Source of the DNA: Dehalococcoidia bacterium
GTDB lineage: Bacteria; Chloroflexota; Dehalococcoidia; Lucifugimonadales; Lucifugimonadaceae
Reading direction: 5' to 3'
Assembly (NCBI GenBank): GCA_002723375.1
Contig: PBNX01000013.1
Coordinates: 1 to 53,424 of the forward strand
DNA: 53,424 bases
Shown: positions 19,676-27,583 of the stretch, one piece after another
Position numbering within the stretch: the first letter of the stretch is position 1
Layout: each line of letters begins with the position of its first letter
Position numbers and translations under genes: made by a program
The notes under the pieces: model-generated
Databases searched by the model: none
Seen by the model: only the letters and a program-made list of their open reading frames with translations
What the model was told of the DNA's origin: nothing

Positions 19676-20984
19676 ATATTTAAAAAAATATGATGTTGTT
19701 ATCGTAGGAGGAGGGATATCTGGATTATCTTCATTAATTTCACTATACAAGAAAGGGCTAAAAGTTCTTCTTGTAGAGAAATCAGCTTTTCTGGGCGGAA
19801 GAGCTTTTTCATTTAAAGATAATTCCACAGACGAAATAATTGATAATGGCCAGCATGTAATAGTAGGAGCATGCAATGAATTCGTTAAATTAATAAAAGA
19901 TGTTGGCGCAGAAGATAAAATAATTAAGGTTAATAATTTTCAAGTTCCAGTTATTTATAATGATGAAACTTCTTATCTTGGTTCGAAATACTTTAAATCA
20001 ATAATTGGGCTTTTAATTTCATTATTAAAATACAAACACCTAAGCATGATTGAAAAATATTATTTATTAATTGCATTGATAAAAATAAAATTTACAGATG
20101 TAGAAAATAGTAATTTTAGTGAAAATAACTTCAAAATTTGGTTAATAAATAATAAACAAAACTCTAAATCCATCAAGTGCTTTTGGGAATTAATAATAAA
20201 GCCTGCGCTTAATGATAATTTGGAAAATGTAGAAACAGCTGCGGCACTCTCTGTTATTAAAAGAAGTTTTCTTGAAAAAAATAGGCTTTACTTTGGTATA
20301 CCTAAAACAAATTTATCCTCTCTATGGATACCTATTGAAAAAATCATAGAAAGAAGTTCATCGAGAATTTTAAAAAAAACAAATGTAAAAAATCTAATTT
20401 CATCAAAAGGAAAATTAATTGGAATAAAATTATCTAATGGAGATGTTGTTAAAGCAGATAATTTCATAATATCTGCATCTCATAGCTCTACAATAAACTT
20501 ACTAAAAAATTCAAATATAGAAAACAATAGCACTCCCCTTGAAACAGCTCCGATTGTAGGAATTCATTTTTGGTTTAAAAAGCCAGTTATCAAAGAAAGA
20601 TATATTGTATCTGCAGGAAGTAAAATACAATGGATATTTAATGTTTCTAGAAATCATAATAAAAAAGGTAATCATATAGTTATATCTCAAAGCGCTGCAT
20701 GGGAGTGGATAGATAAAAATAAATCCTACTTAAAAAAAATATTTTTAGAAGAGTTAATTTCATTATTTCCTCATATAAATAATGATGATTTAATAAAATT
20801 TAGTATAGTAAAACAGCCTAATGCAACTTTTAGATGCATAAATAATTCATCAAGTAAAAGAAATATAAGCACCTCTTTTAATAATTTATTTATTGCTGGT
20901 GACTGGACAGATACCTCATGGCCATCGACTATGGAAAGTGCTGTAATTAGCGGAAGAAAAGCAGCCAAATTTATAATTAATTAA
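19668..20984 (+). CDS. hpnE: FAD-dependent desaturase/amine-oxidase family, HpnE-like (hydroxysqualene dehydroxylase type)
   Basis: The Rossmann motif VVIVGGGISGLS...VEKSAFLGGRA is followed by IDNGQHVIVGA, which is characteristic of the HpnE subfamily. The C-terminal region has FIAGDWT. Confidence 0.7.
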   Translation: MNKYLKKYDVVIVGGGISGLSSLISLYKKGLKVLLVEKSAFLGGRAFSFKDNSTDEIIDNGQHVIVGACNEFVKLIKDVGAEDKIIKVNNFQVPVIYNDETSYLGSKYFKSIIGLLISLLKYKHLSMIEKYYLLIALIKIKFTDVENSNFSENNFKIWLINNKQNSKSIKCFWELIIKPALNDNLENVETAAALSVIKRSFLEKNRLYFGIPKTNLSSLWIPIEKIIERSSSRILKKTNVKNLISSKGKLIGIKLSNGDVVKADNFIISASHSSTINLLKNSNIENNSTPLETAPIVGIHFWFKKPVIKERYIVSAGSKIQWIFNVSRNHNKKGNHIVISQSAAWEWIDKNKSYLKKIFLEELISLFPHINNDDLIKFSIVKQPNATFRCINNSSSKRNISTSFNNLFIAGDWTDTSWPSTMESAVISGRKAAKFIIN

Positions 20985-21378
20985 ATATTCCAACTACATC
21001 ATGCAATTTAAATGGACCTAATTTTCTGCTGTCTATTGAATCAATTCTGTTGTCTCCCATTAAGAAAATTTCTTGCTCTCCTAAACTAATTTCTAATGAA
21101 GAATATTCAGTTTTAATAAATTCATATTTTTCTGCCAAAACATTATTATTTATATAAACCATATTATTATTTAGCTTCAAATTTTCATTAGGCAATCCAA
21201 TTACTCTCTTGATATAACTCAATTTACCCAGATTTACTTTAACAATATCAAACCTATTGGGAACGTATTTAAAAAATATTTTTTTTAACAAAATTTCATC
21301 GCCTTCCAATAATGATGGATTCATACTATTCTCTATTATTAAATTTTTTTGAAATCTAACCCTTTTTAAAATATTCAT
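20977..21378 (-). CDS. sodX: S26 signal-peptidase-like Ni-SOD maturation protease SodX
   Basis: Catalytic Ser box NSMNPSL, IKRVIGLPNE, and GDNRIDSIDSR. It is divergent from sodN. Confidence 0.8.
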   Translation of the reverse strand: MNILKRVRFQKNLIIENSMNPSLLEGDEILLKKIFFKYVPNRFDIVKVNLGKLSYIKRVIGLPNENLKLNNNMVYINNNVLAEKYEFIKTEYSSLEISLGEQEIFLMGDNRIDSIDSRKLGPFKLHDVVGIFN

Positions 21379-21447
21379 AAATTCCTTTACATTTAAAAAA
21401 AATTTCAGATAATTAAATTATAAATATCAACTCTAGGAGTAATTATT

Positions 21448-21879
21448 ATGATAAGTTCAAATAGAATTAAAAACTACCTTAAAAAATCTGACAAAGTTTA
21501 TGCACATTGCGATATTCCATGTGGAATTTATGACCCAAATGATGCAATTCAAGCAGCTCAGACTGTTGTTAGGATGACAGAATTAATCGAAGGGCTAGAT
21601 TATTCGGCAGGTCCTTCCTCTTCCCTAGGAAATTCTATGGCTAGATTTGTTAATGCAAAAGAAGTGCACGCAAAAAAAGCAAAGGATGAAATATTAGTTA
21701 TATGGACAGATTATTTCAAGCCAGAGCACTTAGAAAAATATCCTGATTTGCATGAAAAAGTTTGGAATGCCTGCAAACTTGGATCATTCGTAAAAGTAAA
21801 TGTTGATTTAGATAAAGCAAAAGAATTTAAAGCAACATTAGAAGAAATTGGTGAAATTTTTTGGGAAACTAAAAAATAA
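21448..21879 (+). CDS. sodN: Nickel superoxide dismutase precursor
   Basis: The Ni-hook HCDIPCGIYDP follows a 19-residue leader (MISSNRIKNYLKKSDKVYA). An AGGAG RBS is present. Confidence 0.93.
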   Translation: MISSNRIKNYLKKSDKVYAHCDIPCGIYDPNDAIQAAQTVVRMTELIEGLDYSAGPSSSLGNSMARFVNAKEVHAKKAKDEILVIWTDYFKPEHLEKYPDLHEKVWNACKLGSFVKVNVDLDKAKEFKATLEEIGEIFWETKK

Positions 21880-22209
21880 TTATAGTTCTTTATAGTCTTC
21901 TCTAGGTGGAGAAAATATATCTAAGGCAAGCGAATTTGAATCATTTCCATGTGCGCTGTGAGGAATATTAGGAGGAATTAAGTAATGATCTCCTTCTTTT
22001 AATAATCTTTCTTCACCATCAACTATTAACTTAAATGATCCAGACAAAACTCTTCCAGCTTGTTCATTTGGGTGAGTATGAGTCGGAACTTCCGCATGAG
22101 GAGATATATCTACTAGCATCATCATTATTTTTTCACCCCACATTATTCTAACTTTAATTCCAGGGTGAATCTCTTTAGACTCTAGGTCATTTTGATCAAA
22201 AAAAGGCAT
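21880..22209 (-). CDS. Cupin_2 domain protein
   Basis: Metal-binding pattern HTHPNEQ....G plus a second box P.NIPHSA. 109 aa. Confidence 0.75.
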   Translation of the reverse strand: MPFFDQNDLESKEIHPGIKVRIMWGEKIMMMLVDISPHAEVPTHTHPNEQAGRVLSGSFKLIVDGEERLLKEGDHYLIPPNIPHSAHGNDSNSLALDIFSPPREDYKEL

Positions 22210-23891
22210 TATCCGTGTGTTCCTAACTTTCTAGAAACAGCAGCATCTGCTACAGGACTAGATACTTTTTCTACAATAGTATTAATTAATGAAATTTTAT
22301 TTGAATTTAATGACCTCTGAATTTCTTTCTTAAGGTCTATTGGGTTATCAACTATTGATCCATTGGCTCCAAAACCTTTGGCGATCAATTCATAATTGGT
22401 TTGATCTAACTTAGTCCAAATATCTCTATCATAAAGCCCTTTTTGAATCCAATAATCAATTCCCCATAAGCTATTATTTCCAACTATTATTGTTATAGGC
22501 AAATTGTGTCTTACAGATGTATCAATTTCAGGTACATGAAAACCTAAAGATCCATCGCCGACCACTAAAACTATTTTCTTATCTGGCAATGCCGCTTTTG
22601 CTCCTATTGCATAAGGGAGCCCAACCCCAATCATTCCAAAGCTACTTACGTACATTGACCTCAAATAATTTTCTACAGGAACTGTTGCTCTAGAATAGTG
22701 ACAATAATCCCCACCATCAAAAACAACAAAAGTGTCTTCATCCATATATTCTCTTATTGCTTTACTAACCTCCATTGGGTGCATAGGTAGAGACCCAGTA
22801 GCTAGACTATCCATTTCATTTAAATAAGTCTTTTTGGTTTCCTTTAAAGATTTCAGCCAATCACCATTATTCCATTCAAATCCCTCAGATTTATCAGATA
22901 TTTTTTCTACAAAAGGCCCTACATCGCAATTAACAGCAAGATTAACTGTTCTTGGGCGATTAATTTGTGAAATTTCAGGGTCAACACTTATTATTATTTT
23001 TTCATTATTAAATGGAGGTGAACCTCCAAACCCTAATTGATAATCAAGCTTAACTCCAAGTAATAAAATTACATCGCATTCATTTAGTCTTTGAGCAGCT
23101 TTATTAAGAGGGATATACCCAATGCCTAATGAATTTGGATGAGAATCACCAACAAGACCTCTTCCTGTATCCACGCCCATAAAAGGAATATCGGTATTAA
23201 TTAAAAATTTATCCAAGTCCTTTTCAGATACTGTCGCTCCAGCTCCTAGTCCAGCCAAAATTATTGGTTTTTTTGCATTTTTTAATAAATCTAAACATTT
23301 TTCAATTTGTTTAGGATTTGGATATGTTAACCAATTTTTTTGATCATCTAATGAACTTTTTTCAAATCTTTCAAAAACCTTTTCATCAACTTCAGATTCT
23401 TGAAGATCGTGAGGTATAGTTAAATGAACAGGCCCCCTGCGACCTTCCATTGCAGTTCTAAATGCTAAAGAAATATACTCAGGAATTCTTTCAACTGAAG
23501 GAACTTCCCAAGAACCCTTAGTAACAGAACTAGCAATCCCAACTTGGTCAAATTCCTGCATTGCTCCCCTTCCAATATTTGATGAATCAGCAGATCCAGC
23601 AATATTAATTACGGGGGCTTCAGAATGCATTGCATTAGCCAATCCTGCTACTGCATTAGCATGACCGGGTGTTGTTGACATAACCACTCCAGGTTTCCTT
23701 AAAATTCTTGAATAGGCATTAGCCATATGAACGGATGCTGCTTCATGCCTACCATCAATCATTCTAAAATCCTGATCAATAAGTTTATCTAGAAGATGCA
23801 AAATATGATCTCCTGCAATACCAAAGATGGTATCAACCTCATACATTTTTAATGACTTAATTATTAAATCACTTCCTGTAACTTTAGCCAC
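22209..23891 (-). CDS. Thiamine-diphosphate-dependent enzyme of the acetolactate synthase / oxalyl-CoA decarboxylase / Xsc superfamily; substrate unknown
   Basis: The N-terminal Pyr domain (RHEAASVHMANAYSR, the catalytic Glu context) and the C-terminal ThDP motif GDGSLGF...VGNNSLWG are present. Confidence 0.85.
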   Translation of the reverse strand: MAKVTGSDLIIKSLKMYEVDTIFGIAGDHILHLLDKLIDQDFRMIDGRHEAASVHMANAYSRILRKPGVVMSTTPGHANAVAGLANAMHSEAPVINIAGSADSSNIGRGAMQEFDQVGIASSVTKGSWEVPSVERIPEYISLAFRTAMEGRRGPVHLTIPHDLQESEVDEKVFERFEKSSLDDQKNWLTYPNPKQIEKCLDLLKNAKKPIILAGLGAGATVSEKDLDKFLINTDIPFMGVDTGRGLVGDSHPNSLGIGYIPLNKAAQRLNECDVILLLGVKLDYQLGFGGSPPFNNEKIIISVDPEISQINRPRTVNLAVNCDVGPFVEKISDKSEGFEWNNGDWLKSLKETKKTYLNEMDSLATGSLPMHPMEVSKAIREYMDEDTFVVFDGGDYCHYSRATVPVENYLRSMYVSSFGMIGVGLPYAIGAKAALPDKKIVLVVGDGSLGFHVPEIDTSVRHNLPITIIVGNNSLWGIDYWIQKGLYDRDIWTKLDQTNYELIAKGFGANGSIVDNPIDLKKEIQRSLNSNKISLINTIVEKVSSPVADAAVSRKLGTHG

Positions 23892-24604
23892 TATATAAAT
23901 TCCCTGTAAATCATAAGTACTCCCATTATAAATAATATTACGTAAAGAGTCTTTAATATAAATTGGTTAGAATATCTCCCAACGTGCTTAGATCCTATAA
24001 ATGAACCAAAAAAACCTGCTATTCCAAGTGGAATGAATAGTTCTACATCAAAATGACTATTTCCAGTAAACCCTGAGGCAACAAGATGCCCAGTTAATGC
24101 AAAAATTGTAAAAACTAAATTTATAAAAGAATTGGTTGCTGAAGCTGATTTTGCATCGGTTCTTAAATAATTAATCATTACTGGATATCTTAGTGCTCCT
24201 AAAACCATTCCAACTGAACCCCCTAATGCCCCAATACCCATATTTAGGCCTGAGGCAATTACATTTTTTATAGATGATGTTTCATTTGAAAAAGTTTTAC
24301 CAGAAGGAAAATGAACTGCCTGAAAAATTAAAAAACCAGAAATTATTATTAAAATTGTTACAATTAGCAGTAGTAAGTCTTGAGAAAAAGATTCGCTTAA
24401 TAGACCTCCGAATAAAGGCCCTATAATTGCTCCAGAAATTAAAAAAAGTACTCCAAGCTTAAGATCAATTCTTTTATTTTTAAAATTATTCCATACTGTA
24501 GGAACCATCATTACGAAGCTGATGGCTAAATTAGTTCCAAAAACAACTAATGCTTCTACTCCAAAAAAAAGCATGAAGAATATCCTAATAGGGCCCAGAG
24601 GCAT
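23891..24604 (-). CDS. TSUP (TauE/SafE, DUF81) family anion/sulfite-type exporter; the true start is probably upstream of the ATG
   Basis: About 8 hydrophobic helices and the family motif A..FGTNLAIS. The in-frame upstream stretch LNELDILSFIFLTICLLVSGYFAGLVG (up to 24685) looks like the missing first helix. Confidence 0.75.
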   Translation of the reverse strand: MPLGPIRIFFMLFFGVEALVVFGTNLAISFVMMVPTVWNNFKNKRIDLKLGVLFLISGAIIGPLFGGLLSESFSQDLLLLIVTILIIISGFLIFQAVHFPSGKTFSNETSSIKNVIASGLNMGIGALGGSVGMVLGALRYPVMINYLRTDAKSASATNSFINLVFTIFALTGHLVASGFTGNSHFDVELFIPLGIAGFFGSFIGSKHVGRYSNQFILKTLYVILFIMGVLMIYREFI

Positions 24605-24681
24605 TCCAACTAAACCAGCAAAATATCCAGAAACTAATAAGCAGATTGTAAGAAATATAAAGCTTAAAATATCTAATTCGT

Positions 24682-25566
24682 TCAGTCTTCAAGCCCTTCC
24701 ATTAATCTATCAAGTTCATAAATCTGATCCATATCAGGCTTCAAAGAAGGCTCTCTAGCTAAAGCTTCACTAAAGATTCCTTTCTTTTTTAATATATATT
24801 TTGGCAACCAGTTCCAAATTCCTAGCCCTTGACCTAATGTTCTTATGAGAGGAATATGCTTATGAAAATACTTTTCGGCCTCAATCTCCTTGCCTTCTTC
24901 CCATAAATTAAAAGTCTTAACAAATATTTCAGGTATCGCAGCTACAGGCATAGTTCCTTTAGAACCTCTTCTCATCTCTTCAATCATAAATAGGCCACCA
25001 GCACCACCAAAAGGAACTGGTAATTCGCCATCAGAAATATTTTTCAGTTTATTAAATCTAGGCAAGGTAGGAGGCACCTCTACCTTCAAATATGCTAAAT
25101 TTTTATTAGATTGAGATAATTCAACAGCTAACTCTGGAGAAATAGGCGCATCAGGCACATCTTGCATAAAAATAGGAATTTCTATGTTTTCAGCGACATT
25201 AATAAAATATTTTTTTACCTCGCTTGAATCCACGCCTCCAAAAGATGGTGGAGCTATCATCACTGCATCTGCACCTAATTCTTGAGCTTTTTTAGAATAT
25301 TCTATAGATACTTTTGTAGATTCTGCAGTCGTATTCATGCAAACTTTTATTCTTTTATTAGCGCAATTAACTACTTTTTTTAAATATTCATTTCTTTCTG
25401 AATCCGTTAATTTATACACCTCACTAGCAAGTGCAATTGCCACTCCACTTACTCCTGAATCTATAGCATACTCGACCTCAGCCTCAACATCATTAAATAC
25501 AATATTATCTTTTGAATCAAAAGGGGTAGATAATATCGGAAAAACCCCACTCATTAAATTTGACAT
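24682..25566 (-). CDS. DHDPS/N-acetylneuraminate-lyase family class I (pyruvate Schiff-base) aldolase; not a canonical DapA
   Basis: Family layout STPFD...GVSGVAI...LTDSER...ADAVMIAPP...YLKVE. The GTTGE box of true DapA is replaced by ALASEV. Confidence 0.8.
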   Translation of the reverse strand: MSNLMSGVFPILSTPFDSKDNIVFNDVEAEVEYAIDSGVSGVAIALASEVYKLTDSERNEYLKKVVNCANKRIKVCMNTTAESTKVSIEYSKKAQELGADAVMIAPPSFGGVDSSEVKKYFINVAENIEIPIFMQDVPDAPISPELAVELSQSNKNLAYLKVEVPPTLPRFNKLKNISDGELPVPFGGAGGLFMIEEMRRGSKGTMPVAAIPEIFVKTFNLWEEGKEIEAEKYFHKHIPLIRTLGQGLGIWNWLPKYILKKKGIFSEALAREPSLKPDMDQIYELDRLMEGLED

Positions 25567-25580
25567 TGCTTTCCTTTCTT

Positions 25581-26783
25581 TTAACTAATTAGTGACTCAA
25601 CCAAAGTAATAAGTACTCCAGCAACTGTTGCTGTGCCTATTACACCAGCTATATTAGGCCCCATAGCATGCATTAAAAGCATATTGCCAGGTTTTTCTTT
25701 TTGAGCAATTTCTTGAACAACTCTTGCTGCCATGGGAACTGCAGAAACCCCTGCGGCACCAATCATCGGATTTATTTTTTCTTTACTGAAAAAGTTCATT
25801 AATTTAGCAAGTAATAATCCTGATATTGTTGCAGTAATAAAAGCAAACAGCCCTAGAAAAAATATTGCTAGAGTTGAAGGCTTAAGAAAAACTTCACCTG
25901 GCATTGTAGAACCAACAGCTAAACCAAGAATAATAACAACGATATTCATAAGTTCATTTTGTGCAGTATTACTTAACCTCTCTACAACACCGCACTCCCT
26001 CATTAAATTACCGAACATTAATATTCCAACTAGTGGTGCAGCTTTTGGAACCAATACTCCGATAACAATAGTACAGATTATTGGAAATAAAATTTTTGCT
26101 CTTTTAGTAACAACATTCTTAGGGGCAGGCATTGTAATTTGCCTTTCTTTTTTGGTTGTAAGCAATTTAATTATTGGAGGCTGAATTAATGGGACTAATG
26201 CCATGTAAGAATATGCGGCAACCGCAGTTGCACCAACAATATCTATCATTTCAACTCCATATTGTTGACTTAATGCTTTCATATTTGAAGCAATAAAAAT
26301 TGTCGTTGGTCCATCAGCCCCTCCAATTATTCCAACTGATGTTGCCTCTAATAATCCAAAATTTAGGGAAGAGATCCCTAAAGTTCCAATTAACAAAGTT
26401 CCTAGCAATGCAAAAAATACTCCGGCCTGTGCTGCTGCTCCTAATAGTAATGTTTTAGGGTTTGATATTACTGGAGAGAAATCTGTTAATGCCCCAAGTC
26501 CCAAGAAAACCAATAATGGAAGTAAATCTGTATGCAGACCATTTTCCTGAAAAAACAGCAAGAACCCCATAGGGTCTCCTTCTTTTCCAGCAGGCTTAAT
26601 TACTTCACCAAGCGGAAGATTTGCCAATAAAATTCCAAATGAAATTGGCACTAAGAGTAAGGGTTCCTTTTTTTTAGCAATCCCAAAATATAATAAAAAT
26701 CCTGCAACAAACCACATTACCAATCCTCTTGGATCTTCAAATATACTTATTAAACCCTCAAATATTAATTTAATATCATCCAA
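25581..26783 (-). CDS. oadB: Na+-translocating decarboxylase beta subunit (OadB/MmdB/GcdB family)
   Basis: 400-aa polytopic membrane protein with the family blocks FGNLMRECGVVERLS and IGAAGVSAVPMAARV. Confidence 0.88.
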   Translation of the reverse strand: MDDIKLIFEGLISIFEDPRGLVMWFVAGFLLYFGIAKKKEPLLLVPISFGILLANLPLGEVIKPAGKEGDPMGFLLFFQENGLHTDLLPLLVFLGLGALTDFSPVISNPKTLLLGAAAQAGVFFALLGTLLIGTLGISSLNFGLLEATSVGIIGGADGPTTIFIASNMKALSQQYGVEMIDIVGATAVAAYSYMALVPLIQPPIIKLLTTKKERQITMPAPKNVVTKRAKILFPIICTIVIGVLVPKAAPLVGILMFGNLMRECGVVERLSNTAQNELMNIVVIILGLAVGSTMPGEVFLKPSTLAIFFLGLFAFITATISGLLLAKLMNFFSKEKINPMIGAAGVSAVPMAARVVQEIAQKEKPGNMLLMHAMGPNIAGVIGTATVAGVLITLVESLIS

Positions 26784-26787
26784 TTTA

Positions 26788-27210
26788 TCACCCTATTACT
26801 ATCATTACTGATCCGACTTCTATAGTCTCGCCTTCTTTTACATTTATGCTATTTATAACTCCATCAGCCGAAGAAACAATAGTTTGCTCCATTTTCATTG
26901 ACTCCATAATAATTACTGGCTCACCCATTTTTATTTTTTGTCCTTCTGAAACAAGAACTTTTAATATTTTGCCAGGCATTAATGCTAATAAATCTCCTGG
27001 ATTTCCTTGGACAGATTGATCTGGTATTTTAGGTTCTGATTTTTTAGGTTCTGATTTTTTAGGTTCTGATTTTTTAGGTTCTGATAAATTATTAGAAATT
27101 TTAATATCGAAATTTTTATCATTAACTTTTACTTGAGCATCATTAGAATTTAATAGATTAACCTCTACTTCAAATTTTTTTCCATCTATCTCAAAATTAT
27201 ATTTTTTCAT
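26788..27210 (-). CDS. Small biotin carboxyl carrier protein, MmdC/GcdC type
   Basis: N-terminal YNFEIDGKKFEVEV segment, a (SEPKK)n linker, and a C-terminal biotinyl domain with IMESMKMEQ (M-K-M biotinylation site). Confidence 0.88.
   Translation of the reverse strand: MKKYNFEIDGKKFEVEVNLLNSNDAQVKVNDKNFDIKISNNLSEPKKSEPKKSEPKKSEPKIPDQSVQGNPGDLLALMPGKILKVLVSEGQKIKMGEPVIIMESMKMEQTIVSSADGVINSINVKEGETIEVGSVMIVIG
27031..27085. repeat. Perfect 15-nt tandem repeat (aggttctgatttttt, about 3.7 copies) encoding the (KKSEP)n linker of the biotin carrier
   Basis: Units at 27031-27045, 27046-27060 and 27061-27075 are identical. A 10-nt partial fourth unit follows (27076-27085). Confidence 0.95.
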
Positions 27211-27534
27211 TTATCCACCTCTTCCTTTGAATAATCTTTGTTGACCTAAAGCTTTCCAGCTAGAGTTTTCAAATTTAATTAAAGATTCTGATGAAAAAGT
27301 ATTAGTGCTCTTTTTGTCGCCTAATGCAAGACTTAGTCCAACCAAAGCTGCAGTAAGCTCTAAACTTGAAAAATCTTTATTAGAAGATTTTTCTGATATT
27401 TCACTAGAATCACCAACAATACCTTTTTTTCTTTCTAATAAATTTAAAAAAGTTATAGAGACTAGCAGAATTATTAAAACCAAAAAAACAATTGCCAATC
27501 CAACCAATGAAACATATAAGCCATCACCTATCAT
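27211..27534 (-). CDS. oadG: Na+-translocating decarboxylase small membrane subunit (OadG/MmdD family)
   Basis: N-terminal single TM GLAIVFLVLIILLVSI typical of OadG. Its stop abuts the BCCP start. A GAGGAG RBS is present. Confidence 0.7.
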   Translation of the reverse strand: MIGDGLYVSLVGLAIVFLVLIILLVSITFLNLLERKKGIVGDSSEISEKSSNKDFSSLELTAALVGLSLALGDKKSTNTFSSESLIKFENSSWKALGQQRLFKGRGG

Positions 27535-27583
27535 TTAATTACTCCTCTGTTATTACCATGTAACATTATATTAGTAATAATCG

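Noticed and set aside
24689-24691. TGA read-through or recoding as an explanation for the missing start of the TSUP gene.
   Set aside because: TGA is used as a genuine stop for several well-delimited genes in this window, for example the aldolase at 24682-24684, actC at 40693-40695 and the hotdog gene at 46653-46655. Extending past it would run through the aldolase 3' end without adding recognisable TSUP sequence.
27031-27085. A direct-repeat array that might be mistaken for a mini-CRISPR or a mobile-element terminus.
   Set aside because: The units are contiguous with no spacers and are only 15 nt long. They are in frame within the biotin-carrier gene and encode a repetitive linker.
27565-27570. 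A TATAAT hexamer (minus strand) 31 nt upstream of oadG, as an internal promoter.
   Set aside because: No acceptable -35 hexamer lies at 16-18 nt spacing, and TATAAT is expected by chance in this AT-rich DNA. It is kept only as a caveat to the operon hypothesis.
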